A stretch of 64,000 bases of DNA from an uncultured Verrucomicrobiae bacterium (lineage in GTDB: Bacteria; Verrucomicrobiota; Verrucomicrobiia; Chthoniobacterales; JAATET01), in the NCBI GenBank assembly GCA_963719495.1, contig CAVRCI010000001.1:256001-320000 (forward strand). The letters are read 5' to 3'. This document shows, piece after piece, positions 48,705 to 58,171 of the stretch; position 1 is the stretch's first letter, and each line of letters begins with the position of its first letter. The notes beneath the pieces were generated by a model. The model made no database searches. It was not told the origin of the DNA and saw only the letters and a list, made by a program, of their open reading frames with translations. The position numbers were made by a program, and so were the translations under genes.

Positions 48705-48931
48705 CATCGACGGAGTCGGACCCATCACCTCCCTCGGCGTCAGCCGGAGCCATCGTCGAGATCAGGTAGGGAGGCCGCGCCGTCGGCTTCCGTGACATTC
48801 ATCCAGCGCGCACGAACCCCGCCCAGCGCTCCGTCCTGCCACGCGTTCGGGGGAGTTGCGGTCACTGGACCGCCACGACACCCCGCCGCACGGCGAATGC
48901 CCGAAGCGCGGACCAGGAAAAACCCGGGGCC

Positions 48932-48975
48932 GAAAAAAAATGTAGGCCGCCGCGACGAATGCCACGACGGCCTAC
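48932..48975 (-). terminator. Intrinsic terminator downstream of the PA2169-family gene
   Basis: Minus strand: 15 bp stem gtaggccgtcgtggc-attc-gtcgcggcggcctac (with G-U pairs) followed by A and T8. Confidence 0.8.
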
Positions 48976-49064
48976 TGTTCCCCCCAGAACATGTTTGGAA
49001 GTAATCAGCGATTTGCTCCGCTGACAACAAAAATATCACATCCGGGTCATTTTTCTTTCACGAG

Positions 49065-49496
49065 TTACTTCGCCGCGTCGCGCAGCGCCTTGATCTGGTC
49101 GTGGGCGACCTGGATCTTCGCCGTGATCTCGCCGACCACGGTCTCGATGCTGCCGGGCAGTGTTTCCTCGGAAGCCTTCCGAAAGGCTTTCAACGCGTGA
49201 TCCTCGCCCCGCTCGCACTCCGCGAGGATCGCGTGATCGTCGCCGGAAGTCAGCGCCGCCTTCAGATCAATCCACCCACGGTGCAAAGCACTGGTGATGC
49301 TCGATTTATCCGCGCTCGGATCGGCCGACGCCGAGGTGACCATCTGGTCGACCATCAGCTTCCGCTCGGAAGCGAATTCCGCGAGAGTAGCTTTCAGACT
49401 CGGGTCCTTGGCACCTTCGGCGGCGTTGGTGAATCCCTCCACTCCGTCACGAAGCGTTTGGAGGAGGTCGTTGACTGTATTTAGTGTGTCGCTCAT
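49065..49496 (-). CDS. PA2169/DUF2383-family four-helix-bundle (ferritin-like) protein
   Basis: NDLLQTLRDGVEGF, ALHRGWIDLKAAL, ILAECERGED. Confidence 0.88.
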   Translation of the reverse strand: MSDTLNTVNDLLQTLRDGVEGFTNAAEGAKDPSLKATLAEFASERKLMVDQMVTSASADPSADKSSITSALHRGWIDLKAALTSGDDHAILAECERGEDHALKAFRKASEETLPGSIETVVGEITAKIQVAHDQIKALRDAAK

Positions 49497-49606
49497 AGAC
49501 CCAATATACGAATGCTTTGGCTCCTCCGGTTGGTCAGCCAACCGAATAATTTCGCCGAAGCGGTCCTTTGCAAGGGCCCGCCCGGATGCTACTCGTCTCC
49601 CCGCAC

Positions 49607-50611
49607 ATGAAGATTCGTTGCCTCCTTCCGCTCCTGGGCCTCCTCGTGATCGCGGACTCCATCCCAGCGCAGACCTACACCCGCTCCGAAGCGTTCAGCG
49701 AGCCACCAAAAAACTGGCTCCCCAGCCGCGCGAACCCACTCTTCGGCTTCGTCACCCCAAGCCCGATTGGCCCGAACGGAGCGGCGGGTGGGATCTTTCA
49801 GCCCACGACCTTTTTCAACTACTACGGCGATCTCTTCCTCAACGGCACCCTCGGCCGCGACCAAACCCTCACCGCCAGCGGAGAAGTTCTCATCAACAAC
49901 ACGAGCGGCACCCCGCCCTACGTGACCACGGTCTACGTCGGCCACTTCGCCCAATCGGCCAGCCCTTTCGTTCAGGTGCTCGGCTTCGCGATCTCTGGGG
50001 CCGAGGGCAATTCCGTCACCGTCTGCGCGATCATTCAGTTCGCCGACGGAGCCGCCTTCGTCGGCAAGCCGATCAGCGTAAGCGTCAATCCCAACCGCGT
50101 CCTCAACTGGTCCTACGACTGGAATCCGACCGGAGGACCCAAGGGAGTCGGCCAGCTCAGCGTCCGCGTCGGGACTCGAAGGGCCTTCGTGAATCTCGAC
50201 AAAACGTCGGATGGCTCCGACTTTGCCCTCGACAGTTTCGGCCTCTTCCAGCCCGCTTTCACGCTTCCAGATTCGCGCAGCTTCCTCGAATTTTTCGTCG
50301 ACGATCTCAGCTACACCGCCTTCGTCGGCCGCCCCCCCACCCTCCGCATCCGCGGACCAAAGGTCCTCCAAACCAACGACCGCTCGATCACGATCCGGGG
50401 CACATCCAAGGTCGCCCGCGGCAACGAGATCACCCGGGTCCGCTATCAGCTCGTCCGCGACGGTAGAACCTCCCGATTTCGCACCGCCAAAGGCACGCGC
50501 CAGTGGAAATTCACCGCCAACGTCCCCCGCGGAGCGTCGAGCGTCAAAATCACCGCCCGCAGCGACGACGGAGCCACCACGACCAAACGCCAAAAAATCC
50601 GCCGCAACTAA
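49607..50611 (+). CDS. Secreted hypothetical protein with basic Ig-like C-terminal domain
   Basis: Signal peptide MKIRCLLPLLGLLVIADSIPA; last ~90 aa are an Arg/Lys-rich beta-strand domain. Confidence 0.75.
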   Translation: MKIRCLLPLLGLLVIADSIPAQTYTRSEAFSEPPKNWLPSRANPLFGFVTPSPIGPNGAAGGIFQPTTFFNYYGDLFLNGTLGRDQTLTASGEVLINNTSGTPPYVTTVYVGHFAQSASPFVQVLGFAISGAEGNSVTVCAIIQFADGAAFVGKPISVSVNPNRVLNWSYDWNPTGGPKGVGQLSVRVGTRRAFVNLDKTSDGSDFALDSFGLFQPAFTLPDSRSFLEFFVDDLSYTAFVGRPPTLRIRGPKVLQTNDRSITIRGTSKVARGNEITRVRYQLVRDGRTSRFRTAKGTRQWKFTANVPRGASSVKITARSDDGATTTKRQKIRRN

Positions 50612-50626
50612 AAAGCACGCTACTTC

Positions 50627-50751
50627 AAGGAGCGGCACCTTCCAGGTGCCGGAGCCCGGCAATCCCGGCAAAGCCGGAGAGCCGCTTACCTCAAGGAGCG
50701 GCGACCTCCCGCTCGCCGAACCCACCCAATCCGGCGAAGCCGGACACTTCC
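50627..50751 (+). repeat. Composite palindromic repeat (family B/C)
   Basis: Same module order as 7071-7190. Confidence 0.75.
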
Positions 50752-50797
50752 ATTCACCGAGCGCCCGGAAGCCAGAAACCCCGCCGTCCAGCCAAGG

Positions 50798-52426
50798 TCA
50801 AGCTTGGTAGCTCGCCGGAAGTCCCGTCAGCAGTTCCTCTTTCGGCAGCCGCTCGCAGAACTCGCTGAAACTCTCGTCCCCGGTCTTGTTGTCCTCGTAA
50901 TGGTGCAGGAGCGAGTCGATCACCTCATCCACGTCCGGCGCGAGAATCTTGCCCTTGAGCAGGGTATTGAACCGCCGGTTGGCACCCAGCCGACCGCCGA
51001 CGAACATGTCGTAAGCGTCCATCATTTTCCCATCGATCTTCTTCTTCGCCCCGCGGAAGCCGATGTCCGCAATCTGCTGCTGACCGCAACTCGACGGGCA
51101 ACCGCTGAAGTGCACCCGGATCTTCCCCTTGTACCAGCCGCTCTTCGCCTCGAGCTGCTCGACGAGCGCCAGCATCCGGTTTTTCGTCTCGGCCACGGCC
51201 AGATTGCAAAACTCGATCCCCGTGCAGGACACGCAACCTTGACGAAAATTCGAAGGCGCGTAGGACAGCCCCGCCGCGTCCAGCTCGGCCTTCATCGCTT
51301 CCAAATTCTCATTCGGAACGTTCGGAATGATCAGATTCTGCTTATTGGTCAGACGAATCGACGAGTTTCCTTCCGTCCCATATTTCGCGGTGATCTCGCC
51401 GACCTTCGCCAACGTCCCGTTCCGCATCCGCCCGCCCGGGAAACACACCCCGACCCACGACAGGCCAGACTGTTTCTGCGCGTGAATGCCCATGTGATCC
51501 GTCTCTTGGTCGCGCGGGAAAACAAACTCTTCGTGAGTTGGCAACTCGTAACCCAGCCGTTCCTCGACCTCGGCTCGGATCCGCTCGACCCCCCAATCCT
51601 CGACCAGGAACTTGAACCGCGCTTTGTTCCGCTTTGCCCGATAGCCTTCGTCGCGAAAGACCTTGCTGACGGCCTCGACAACCGGCCACACCTTTTCGGG
51701 CGCGATCCACACGTTCATCGTCTGCGCCATCTTCGCCGCCGACGACAGTCCTCCGCCCACCTTGATCCCGTAGCCCGCGACCCCGTCCGAGTTGCGAAGC
51801 CCAAAAAGTCCCACGCAGTTGATGTCCGGCTGCGAGCATTGGATCTCGCAGCCGCTGATCGAGATCTTGTATTTCCGCGGCAGGTTCGAGAAATCGCGGT
51901 TGTTCGTGAGATTGCGGTTGATCTCGAGCAGTTGCGGCGTCGCGTCGATGATCTCGTTCGGGTTCAAGCCGCTCACCGGACACCCGCACACGTTGCGGGT
52001 ATCGTCGCCGCAGGCCCCACTCGTCGTGATGCCGACCTTATCGAGCGCGTCGAAGATCGGCGGGATGTCCTCGATCCGCAGCCAATGGAACTGCAGCGTC
52101 TGGCGCGTCGTGATGTCGACCAAGCCGTGCGCGTATTCGTCCGCCAGCTTCGACACCGCGATCGCCTGCTCGGGAGTCACCTGGCCACCGGGCACCTTGA
52201 GCCGCAGCATGAAATACCCGCTGTCCTTCGGCTTCTGGCGGTAAACGCCATACCACTTCATCCGGTCGAAATCCCCGTCCGAAATCGCTTCGAATCCCAG
52301 TTTCGCGTAGCGGTAGATGTCGTGGATGACGTCGAGCCCGTCTTTGTCGAGCTTCAGTTGCTCGGCGGGATTGACGTCGATGAGGCCCTGCTTGACAGCG
52401 GCGAAGTTAGGATGGATATCAATCAT
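50798..52426 (-). CDS. Ferredoxin-dependent nitrite/sulfite reductase (siroheme, 4Fe-4S)
   Basis: FMLRLKVPGG, DITTRQ, LPRKYKISISGC, SCTGIEFC and SGCPSSCG ligands. Confidence 0.92.
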   Translation of the reverse strand: MIDIHPNFAAVKQGLIDVNPAEQLKLDKDGLDVIHDIYRYAKLGFEAISDGDFDRMKWYGVYRQKPKDSGYFMLRLKVPGGQVTPEQAIAVSKLADEYAHGLVDITTRQTLQFHWLRIEDIPPIFDALDKVGITTSGACGDDTRNVCGCPVSGLNPNEIIDATPQLLEINRNLTNNRDFSNLPRKYKISISGCEIQCSQPDINCVGLFGLRNSDGVAGYGIKVGGGLSSAAKMAQTMNVWIAPEKVWPVVEAVSKVFRDEGYRAKRNKARFKFLVEDWGVERIRAEVEERLGYELPTHEEFVFPRDQETDHMGIHAQKQSGLSWVGVCFPGGRMRNGTLAKVGEITAKYGTEGNSSIRLTNKQNLIIPNVPNENLEAMKAELDAAGLSYAPSNFRQGCVSCTGIEFCNLAVAETKNRMLALVEQLEAKSGWYKGKIRVHFSGCPSSCGQQQIADIGFRGAKKKIDGKMMDAYDMFVGGRLGANRRFNTLLKGKILAPDVDEVIDSLLHHYEDNKTGDESFSEFCERLPKEELLTGLPASYQA

Positions 52427-52501
52427 GTCTGTAATCTCGTAAATCTACTACGCCTCGAACTCCGCCGGCGACGAGTCGTTTTGGCGGTCGAAAACAATCC
52501 C

Positions 52502-53221
52502 ATGCACCAAGCCCAAGTCAAGCCAACGTCCGCGAGTCGGAAGCCAACCAGCCAGCGCTCCGCCTTCACGCTCATCGAGCTCCTCGTCGTTACCAGCATC
52601 ATTGCCATCCTGGCCGCGCTCGTCATCGCCGCCATTCCCCAATTCATTCAAAAAGGCCGGATGGGCAAATCGCTCAACAACCTGCGCCAGATCGGCGTCG
52701 CCTTCCAACTCTACGCCAACGAAAACGACTTCAGCCTGCCGGGACGGGTCGAGACCGGCGACAAGTGGCCCCGGCTCCTGGTCGAATACCTCGACAACGA
52801 TCCCCTCGTCTACGCCGACCCCGCCGACGAAGCCAGCTACCTCGCCCGCAAGCGCGACCCGCTCTCGAACGGCCCAAACAACACGAGTTACATCATGAAC
52901 GGCTACAACGACGCGGGAGCCTTCGACGACGAGACGGTCGCGATCAAGGCCCACTCCGTCGAGCAGCCCAGCAAGACCATCCTCGCCGCCGCCCAGAACC
53001 ACACCGGCAACTTCTACATGGACTTCGTCGACCAGGATCAGACCAAGGTCCTCGACAAGCGACTCTACGGCAAAGGCTCCACCTACCTCTTCGTAGACGG
53101 CTCCTCCCGCTTCCTCAACGAGGCCGACTACGACGCCACCCCGCCCCCCGGCCTGGCCACCAACTATGGCGACTGGCTCTGGCTCGTCAGCAAAGACAAC
53201 AACCCAACCGGCGAAGACTAG
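52502..53221 (+). CDS. Prepilin-type N-terminal cleavage/methylation domain protein (PVC pseudopilin-like)
   Basis: SAFTLIELLVVTSIIAILAAL, SLNNLRQIG, SYIMN, YLFVDG. Confidence 0.88.
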   Translation: MHQAQVKPTSASRKPTSQRSAFTLIELLVVTSIIAILAALVIAAIPQFIQKGRMGKSLNNLRQIGVAFQLYANENDFSLPGRVETGDKWPRLLVEYLDNDPLVYADPADEASYLARKRDPLSNGPNNTSYIMNGYNDAGAFDDETVAIKAHSVEQPSKTILAAAQNHTGNFYMDFVDQDQTKVLDKRLYGKGSTYLFVDGSSRFLNEADYDATPPPGLATNYGDWLWLVSKDNNPTGED

Positions 53222-53261
53222 TCACCAATCACCCCGCGGCGAAGCCGCGCCATCCCCCAAC

Positions 53262-53295
53262 CCTGTCATGCTGAGCGAAGCGAAGCATCTCTGGC
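53262..53295 (+). repeat. Family A repeat
   Basis: cctgtcatgctgagcgaagcgaagcatctctggc. Confidence 0.78.
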
Positions 53296-53336
53296 GTCTC
53301 ACCTCAGCAAAGCAAAGCTCGAGCCATCTCCCCCGA

Positions 53337-54155
53337 CTACTCCGCGTCCCAATCCGGTGCCCACTTCGGATCGATCTGGCGCTGATTCTTCGGCAGATCG
53401 TCGATCGCCGCGACGTCGTCGGCGTCGAGTTCGAAGTCGAAAACGTCGAAATTTTCCACCCGGTGTTCGTGCGACGTCGATCGTGGGATCGCCGCCACCC
53501 GGTCGTGACCCAGCAGATACCGGAGAGCCACCTGCTGCGCCGATTTCCCATATTTTTCTCCCAGCCGCTCGAGCGTCGACCAGTCACCGATCTCCCCACT
53601 CCCAAGCGGCGAGTAGGCCGTCACCAGCATCCCGGTTTCCCGGGCAAACCTCAGCAATTTGTCCTGCCCCAGGAAGGGGTGAAATTCCACCTGATCGCAG
53701 AAGACCGACACGATCGACCGGGCCTCGCGCAAATGTCGCAGCGGAAAATTACTCACACCGATCCGGAGAATTTTCCGCTCCTCGGATAATTGCGCCAGCT
53801 CGCCCATCGTCTCGCGCAAAGGCACCTCATCGCTCGGCCAGTGGATGAGCATCAGGTCGAGATAATCGACCTCGAGTTCCCGCAGACTCGTCTCCGTCTC
53901 CGACCGCACGTCCGATGCCCGAAGCTTCGAGGGCGGGATTTTCGACGTCAGAAAGATCTCGTCCCGCAACACTCCGGATTCCCGAATCCCCGCCCCGACT
54001 TCGGCCTCGTTCTCGTACATCCGCGCTGTATCGATCAGCCGGTAGCCGATCTCCAGCGCGTCCCGCACCGATTCCCGGCAAGCGTCACCCTCGATTTCCC
54101 AAGTCCCAAAACCCAACCGGGGAACCTCCGTCCCGTAAACATCAAGATACTCCAT
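53337..54155 (-). CDS. Aldo/keto reductase
   Basis: LGFGTW, GYRLIDTARMYENE, YLDLMLIHWP, IGVSNF, AYSPLG. Confidence 0.93.
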   Translation of the reverse strand: MEYLDVYGTEVPRLGFGTWEIEGDACRESVRDALEIGYRLIDTARMYENEAEVGAGIRESGVLRDEIFLTSKIPPSKLRASDVRSETETSLRELEVDYLDLMLIHWPSDEVPLRETMGELAQLSEERKILRIGVSNFPLRHLREARSIVSVFCDQVEFHPFLGQDKLLRFARETGMLVTAYSPLGSGEIGDWSTLERLGEKYGKSAQQVALRYLLGHDRVAAIPRSTSHEHRVENFDVFDFELDADDVAAIDDLPKNQRQIDPKWAPDWDAE

Positions 54156-54286
54156 GCTGACAAAACGTTCCCATGCCCCAAGGCGGACGTTCCGAAGGCA
54201 GGGAGGGGTTTGACGACGGGCGGCAAACCGCCCCAGCGGGACCCACCCGCATCAATCTTCCGTATCCTTCGCGACCTTTGCGACCT

Positions 54287-54688
54287 TCTGTTCAAGAACG
54301 TATTTGTATTCCGCCAGATTGTTGACTCGCTCGCTCCCGCTCGTCTCGCCCTTCGGGCTACACCGCAGAGCCGGCGTAGTCTGCCCCGAGCCTTCCCAGG
54401 CTCCGGTGCTCTGTTCAAGAACGTATTTGTATTCCGCCAGATTGTTGACTCGCTCGCTCCCGCTCGTCTCGCCCTTCGGGCTACACCGCAGAGCCGGCGT
54501 AGTCTGCCCCGAGCCTTCCCAGGCTCCGGTGCTCTATTCAAGAACGTATTTGTATTCCGCCAGATTGTTGACTCGCTCGCTCCCGCTCGTCTCGCCCTTC
54601 GGGCTACACCGCAGAGCCGGCGTAGTCTGCCCCGAGCCTTCCCAGGCTCCGGTGCTCTGTTCAAAACCGTATCCGTATCCCCGCAGAC
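54287..54688. repeat. Tandem array: 3 x 123 bp near-identical units plus a degenerate partial fourth
   Basis: Units start at 54287, 54410 and 54533 (one substitution seen, tctgttc to tctattc); partial copy from 54656. Confidence 0.95.
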
Positions 54689-54712
54689 GGAGACATTCGT
54701 CGACCCGCCCCC

Positions 54713-56704
54713 CTACCGCACCATCTTCCGATACGTCGCCAGCGCCAGCAGCGGCCAATACAGCCGATACATTCCGTAACGCAGGTAAAACACGGTCGGA
54801 AATCCCGTCCCGGTCGTCTCCTCCTCCGTCCACGACCCGTCCGCTTCCTGACGCCGCACCAACCAGCCGACCCCGCGCAACACCGATTCGCGCGTCGCAT
54901 CGCCGCAGGCGCACAGCCCCATCACCGCCCACGCCGTCTGGCTCGGCGTGCTCGGCCCGATGCCCTTGAGGTCGGGGTCGTCGTAGGACGCACACGTCTC
55001 GCCCCAGCCCCCGTCGTCATTCTGACAGCTCTCCAGCCAATCCCGCCCGCGCCGGATCCAATCCTCGTTCATGTTGTGGCCGATCGCTCCCAGCCCCCGC
55101 AGCACCTGCCACGTCCCGTAAAGGTAATTCACGCCCCAGCGCCCGTACCACGATCCGTCGTCCTCCTGGGTCCGCCGCAGCATCGCAACCGCCCGCCGCA
55201 CCACCTCGGACCGCCGGTTGTGCCCCAGGTAACCCAGCAATTCCAACACCCGCGCCGTGAGATCGCTGCACGTCGGATCCAAAATCGCATTGTGATCGGC
55301 GAACGGGATGTCCTCCAGCCAACCCTTCGTCACGTCCTTGTCGAAGGCCGCCCACCCGCCGTCCCGGCACTGGAAACTCAGCAACCACCGCAGCGCCCGC
55401 CCCGAGAGTTCCTCCCGCGCGACCGCATCCCGCGGTGCCGTCAGCCGCAGCGCCATCAGCACCATCATTGTGTCATCCGTGTCGGGATAAAATTTGTTCG
55501 CGTGCTCGAACGCCCAGCCGCTCGCCTCGGGCCCCGGATTCTTCACGACCCAATCCCCGCGGAACCGCACCTCCCGCTCCTCGAGCCACTCAGCCGCCCG
55601 CATCATCGCCGAGTGGTCCGGAGCCAGACCCGATTCACCGAGCGCGATCGTCGTGATCGCCGTGTCCCACACCGGCGACAAACAAGGCTGAATCCGAAAA
55701 TCCCCCGTCGCCGCGTCGTCGACGTAAAGCCCGCGAAAATCCGCGTCCGCCTTCGCGACCAAAGGATGATCCTCGCCGTAGCCCAGCGCCCGCAGCGCCA
55801 TCATCCCATTGAGCATCGCCGGGAAGATCGCCCCCAGCCCATCGCTTCCGTCGCCCATGCGGTCGACCATCCACCGCTCCGCCTTCCGCAGCGCGTATTC
55901 GCGGACAACGGTCGGGCGCGCGATTTCGAAAAATTTCAGCCCCGCGTCGCACTTCAGAAAAAAGTTCCGCCAAGAGAAGAAGCGCCGACCCTTCTTCAGC
56001 GAAAGATCCGTCCCCTCCAAACCAGCCGGATACAGCTCGTGCAGCTGAAACTCCGCCGGCAGATCCCGCGTCGGCCGAAAATGGTTGAGGATCGCCAGCG
56101 GCGCGAGAATCCCCCGCGTCCACGACGACATGTCCCAGACGCTGAAAACAAACCACCGCGGCAGCAGGAACAACTCGACCGGCACGGTCGGCAAATGCTT
56201 CCAAGGGAATTGCCCCAGCAACGCCAGATACAGCTTCGCGTAGGTGTTCATGTGCGGGATCCCGCCGAGCCGCAGGATGTTCGCCCGGGCATCGACCATC
56301 CACGGATCCGACGGCGAATCCCCGCTCAACTTGAGCGCGAAATACGCCTTCACCGACGCGTTGATCTCGCTCGGCCCGTCTACGTAAATGTTCCACCCCC
56401 CGTCCGCGAGCTGCCGCCGCCGCACGTGGTCCGCGCACTTGCGCTCCAGCTCCGCGTCCCGCCGATCCGTCCAGTGCCGGTAGAGCACCACGTCCGAGCA
56501 AAGCGTCGAATCAACGGTCAGCTCCCCCTCCCAGTGCCCGTCCGCCCGCTGCAAACCAAGCAAATACCCCTGCGCCGCCGCCACCGCATCGGCCGCATTC
56601 GGAATCCCCCGCCCCCCATCCGGAAACGGCAGCAAATCACCAGCGCCAACGGCGCTCATCGTCCCCCCAAGGTAGGGAAGCCGCGCCGCGGGTTCCGTGA
56701 CCAT
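54713..56704 (-). CDS. shc: Squalene-hopene cyclase
   Basis: QW repeats (QRADGHW, QCRDGGW, QEDDGSW, QNDDGGW), catalytic YPDTDDT, QPCLSPVWDT. Confidence 0.95.
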   Translation of the reverse strand: MVTEPAARLPYLGGTMSAVGAGDLLPFPDGGRGIPNAADAVAAAQGYLLGLQRADGHWEGELTVDSTLCSDVVLYRHWTDRRDAELERKCADHVRRRQLADGGWNIYVDGPSEINASVKAYFALKLSGDSPSDPWMVDARANILRLGGIPHMNTYAKLYLALLGQFPWKHLPTVPVELFLLPRWFVFSVWDMSSWTRGILAPLAILNHFRPTRDLPAEFQLHELYPAGLEGTDLSLKKGRRFFSWRNFFLKCDAGLKFFEIARPTVVREYALRKAERWMVDRMGDGSDGLGAIFPAMLNGMMALRALGYGEDHPLVAKADADFRGLYVDDAATGDFRIQPCLSPVWDTAITTIALGESGLAPDHSAMMRAAEWLEEREVRFRGDWVVKNPGPEASGWAFEHANKFYPDTDDTMMVLMALRLTAPRDAVAREELSGRALRWLLSFQCRDGGWAAFDKDVTKGWLEDIPFADHNAILDPTCSDLTARVLELLGYLGHNRRSEVVRRAVAMLRRTQEDDGSWYGRWGVNYLYGTWQVLRGLGAIGHNMNEDWIRRGRDWLESCQNDDGGWGETCASYDDPDLKGIGPSTPSQTAWAVMGLCACGDATRESVLRGVGWLVRRQEADGSWTEEETTGTGFPTVFYLRYGMYRLYWPLLALATYRKMVR

Positions 56705-56739
56705 CTCGCAGCACTCACGAAAACCACCCAGCGTGCCAC

Positions 56740-58059
56740 CTAACTCTCGACGACCGCTTCCGCCACCGTCGCCTCGGATTCCACCGTCACCTTGTCCGGC
56801 TTCCCCGTCTTGTGACCCTTCCCCGCGCTCACGCCATCAAACGCGTTCACGCTCGCCCCCTCCACCCGCATCCCGGGCTTCTTGCCGAAATTGAAAGCCA
56901 CGTTCGCCCAGGTATCGCCCGGCTGCGCGTCGCGCCCCAACGTCGCGCTCGGCTCGTAGCCGCAATGAACCATGCAATTCGCGCACCGCGGGTCCTTCGC
57001 GACGCCGTCGACGACACCGTAATTCTCCCACTTCGTCTCGTCGAGCAGCGCGTCGTAGGACTCGAAATGCCCGTCGGTCATCAAGTAACAAGGCCCCTTC
57101 CAGCCCATCACGTTGCGCGTCGGAATCGCCCACGCCGAGCAGGTCAGATCCCGCTGACCCGCCAGAAAATCCAGGTAAATCGGCGTCCCGAAAAACGCGT
57201 ATTTCTCGCCCCAGGCGCGGATGTTTTTGAATTTCTCGCGCGTCGCCTCACGGGTCAGGAAGAAATTCTCCGGCTGCAGGTTCAATCGCTTCTGCATGTC
57301 CTCCTTCGCCGCGTCGTAGTCGTAACCCGGCGAGATCGTGTGCCCGTCGATCCCGATCCAGCTCAGGAAATCGAACATCCGCTCGAGCTCGTCCATGTTG
57401 GTCTCCTTGTAGACCGTCGTGTTCGTCGCGACCTGATACCCGAGCACCTTCGCCATCCGCATCGCCGCCACGCATTCTTTGAAAACGCCCTCGCGCTCGA
57501 CGATCAAATCGTGCGTCCGCTCCATGCCGTCGAGGTGAACGTTCCAATACATCCACTGAGTCGGTCCAATGACGGGGCCCGCCACCTTCGACTTCGGATT
57601 TTTGACCCCTTCGACCTGCTCCGCCGTGATCAGCTCCTCGCTCACCAGCTTCTCGAGCATCGGGCCGACCTTGGCGGCGTTCCGCGCGAACTCGACCGTC
57701 ATCCACTCCCGCATTTTCTTCCGCATGAACACGCCGTTCGTGCAGATGTAGACGATCCGTTTCTGCTCGAGCAGACCTTCGACCAGCTCCTCGATTTGCG
57801 GGTAGATCAACGGCTCCCCGCCGCAGATCGAAATCATCGGCGCGCCGCACTCCGTCGCCGCCCCCAGGCAATCCTCGAGCGACATGACGTTTTTCAACGA
57901 AGTCGAATACTCGCGAATCCGCCCGCAGCCCGTGCAGGTCAAATTGCAGGTGTGGAGCGGCTCGAGCTGCAGGACCGTCGCGAACTTTTCAACCCGGCGG
58001 AGCTTTTTGCCCACGATGTAAGCCGCAATCTTCGCCGTCAGAGCCAGTGGGAACCTCAT
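56740..58059 (-). CDS. hpnH: Adenosyl-hopene transferase (radical SAM)
   Basis: LEPLHTCNLTCTGCGRI, GGEPL, VHLDG, DPRCANCMVHCGYE; directly upstream of shc. Confidence 0.9.
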   Translation of the reverse strand: MRFPLALTAKIAAYIVGKKLRRVEKFATVLQLEPLHTCNLTCTGCGRIREYSTSLKNVMSLEDCLGAATECGAPMISICGGEPLIYPQIEELVEGLLEQKRIVYICTNGVFMRKKMREWMTVEFARNAAKVGPMLEKLVSEELITAEQVEGVKNPKSKVAGPVIGPTQWMYWNVHLDGMERTHDLIVEREGVFKECVAAMRMAKVLGYQVATNTTVYKETNMDELERMFDFLSWIGIDGHTISPGYDYDAAKEDMQKRLNLQPENFFLTREATREKFKNIRAWGEKYAFFGTPIYLDFLAGQRDLTCSAWAIPTRNVMGWKGPCYLMTDGHFESYDALLDETKWENYGVVDGVAKDPRCANCMVHCGYEPSATLGRDAQPGDTWANVAFNFGKKPGMRVEGASVNAFDGVSAGKGHKTGKPDKVTVESEATVAEAVVES

Positions 58060-58171
58060 AGGCGCGGGAGCGTAGCACCGACCGTGCCACTGTCAAACTA
58101 CCCCTCGGCGTCACGAATTTGTCACCTTCCGAAAATTGATCCCGCCCCCCGGACGCTCATTCTCCGCCCGC

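Noticed and set aside
52502..53221. Type II secretion or type IV pilus system
   Set aside because: It is a single orphan prepilin-type gene, typical of expanded PVC families, with no ATPase, secretin or platform genes nearby.
54287..54688. CRISPR array or type III toxin-antitoxin RNA array
   Set aside because: Units are identical end to end with no unique spacers, they are 123 bp long, and no cas or ToxN/AbiQ-like gene is adjacent.
53790..54969. ORFs with 41 aa repeats (53790+, 54035-, 54304+)
   Set aside because: These are by-products of a unit length divisible by 3 in GC-rich DNA. They overlap real genes and have no protein-like features.
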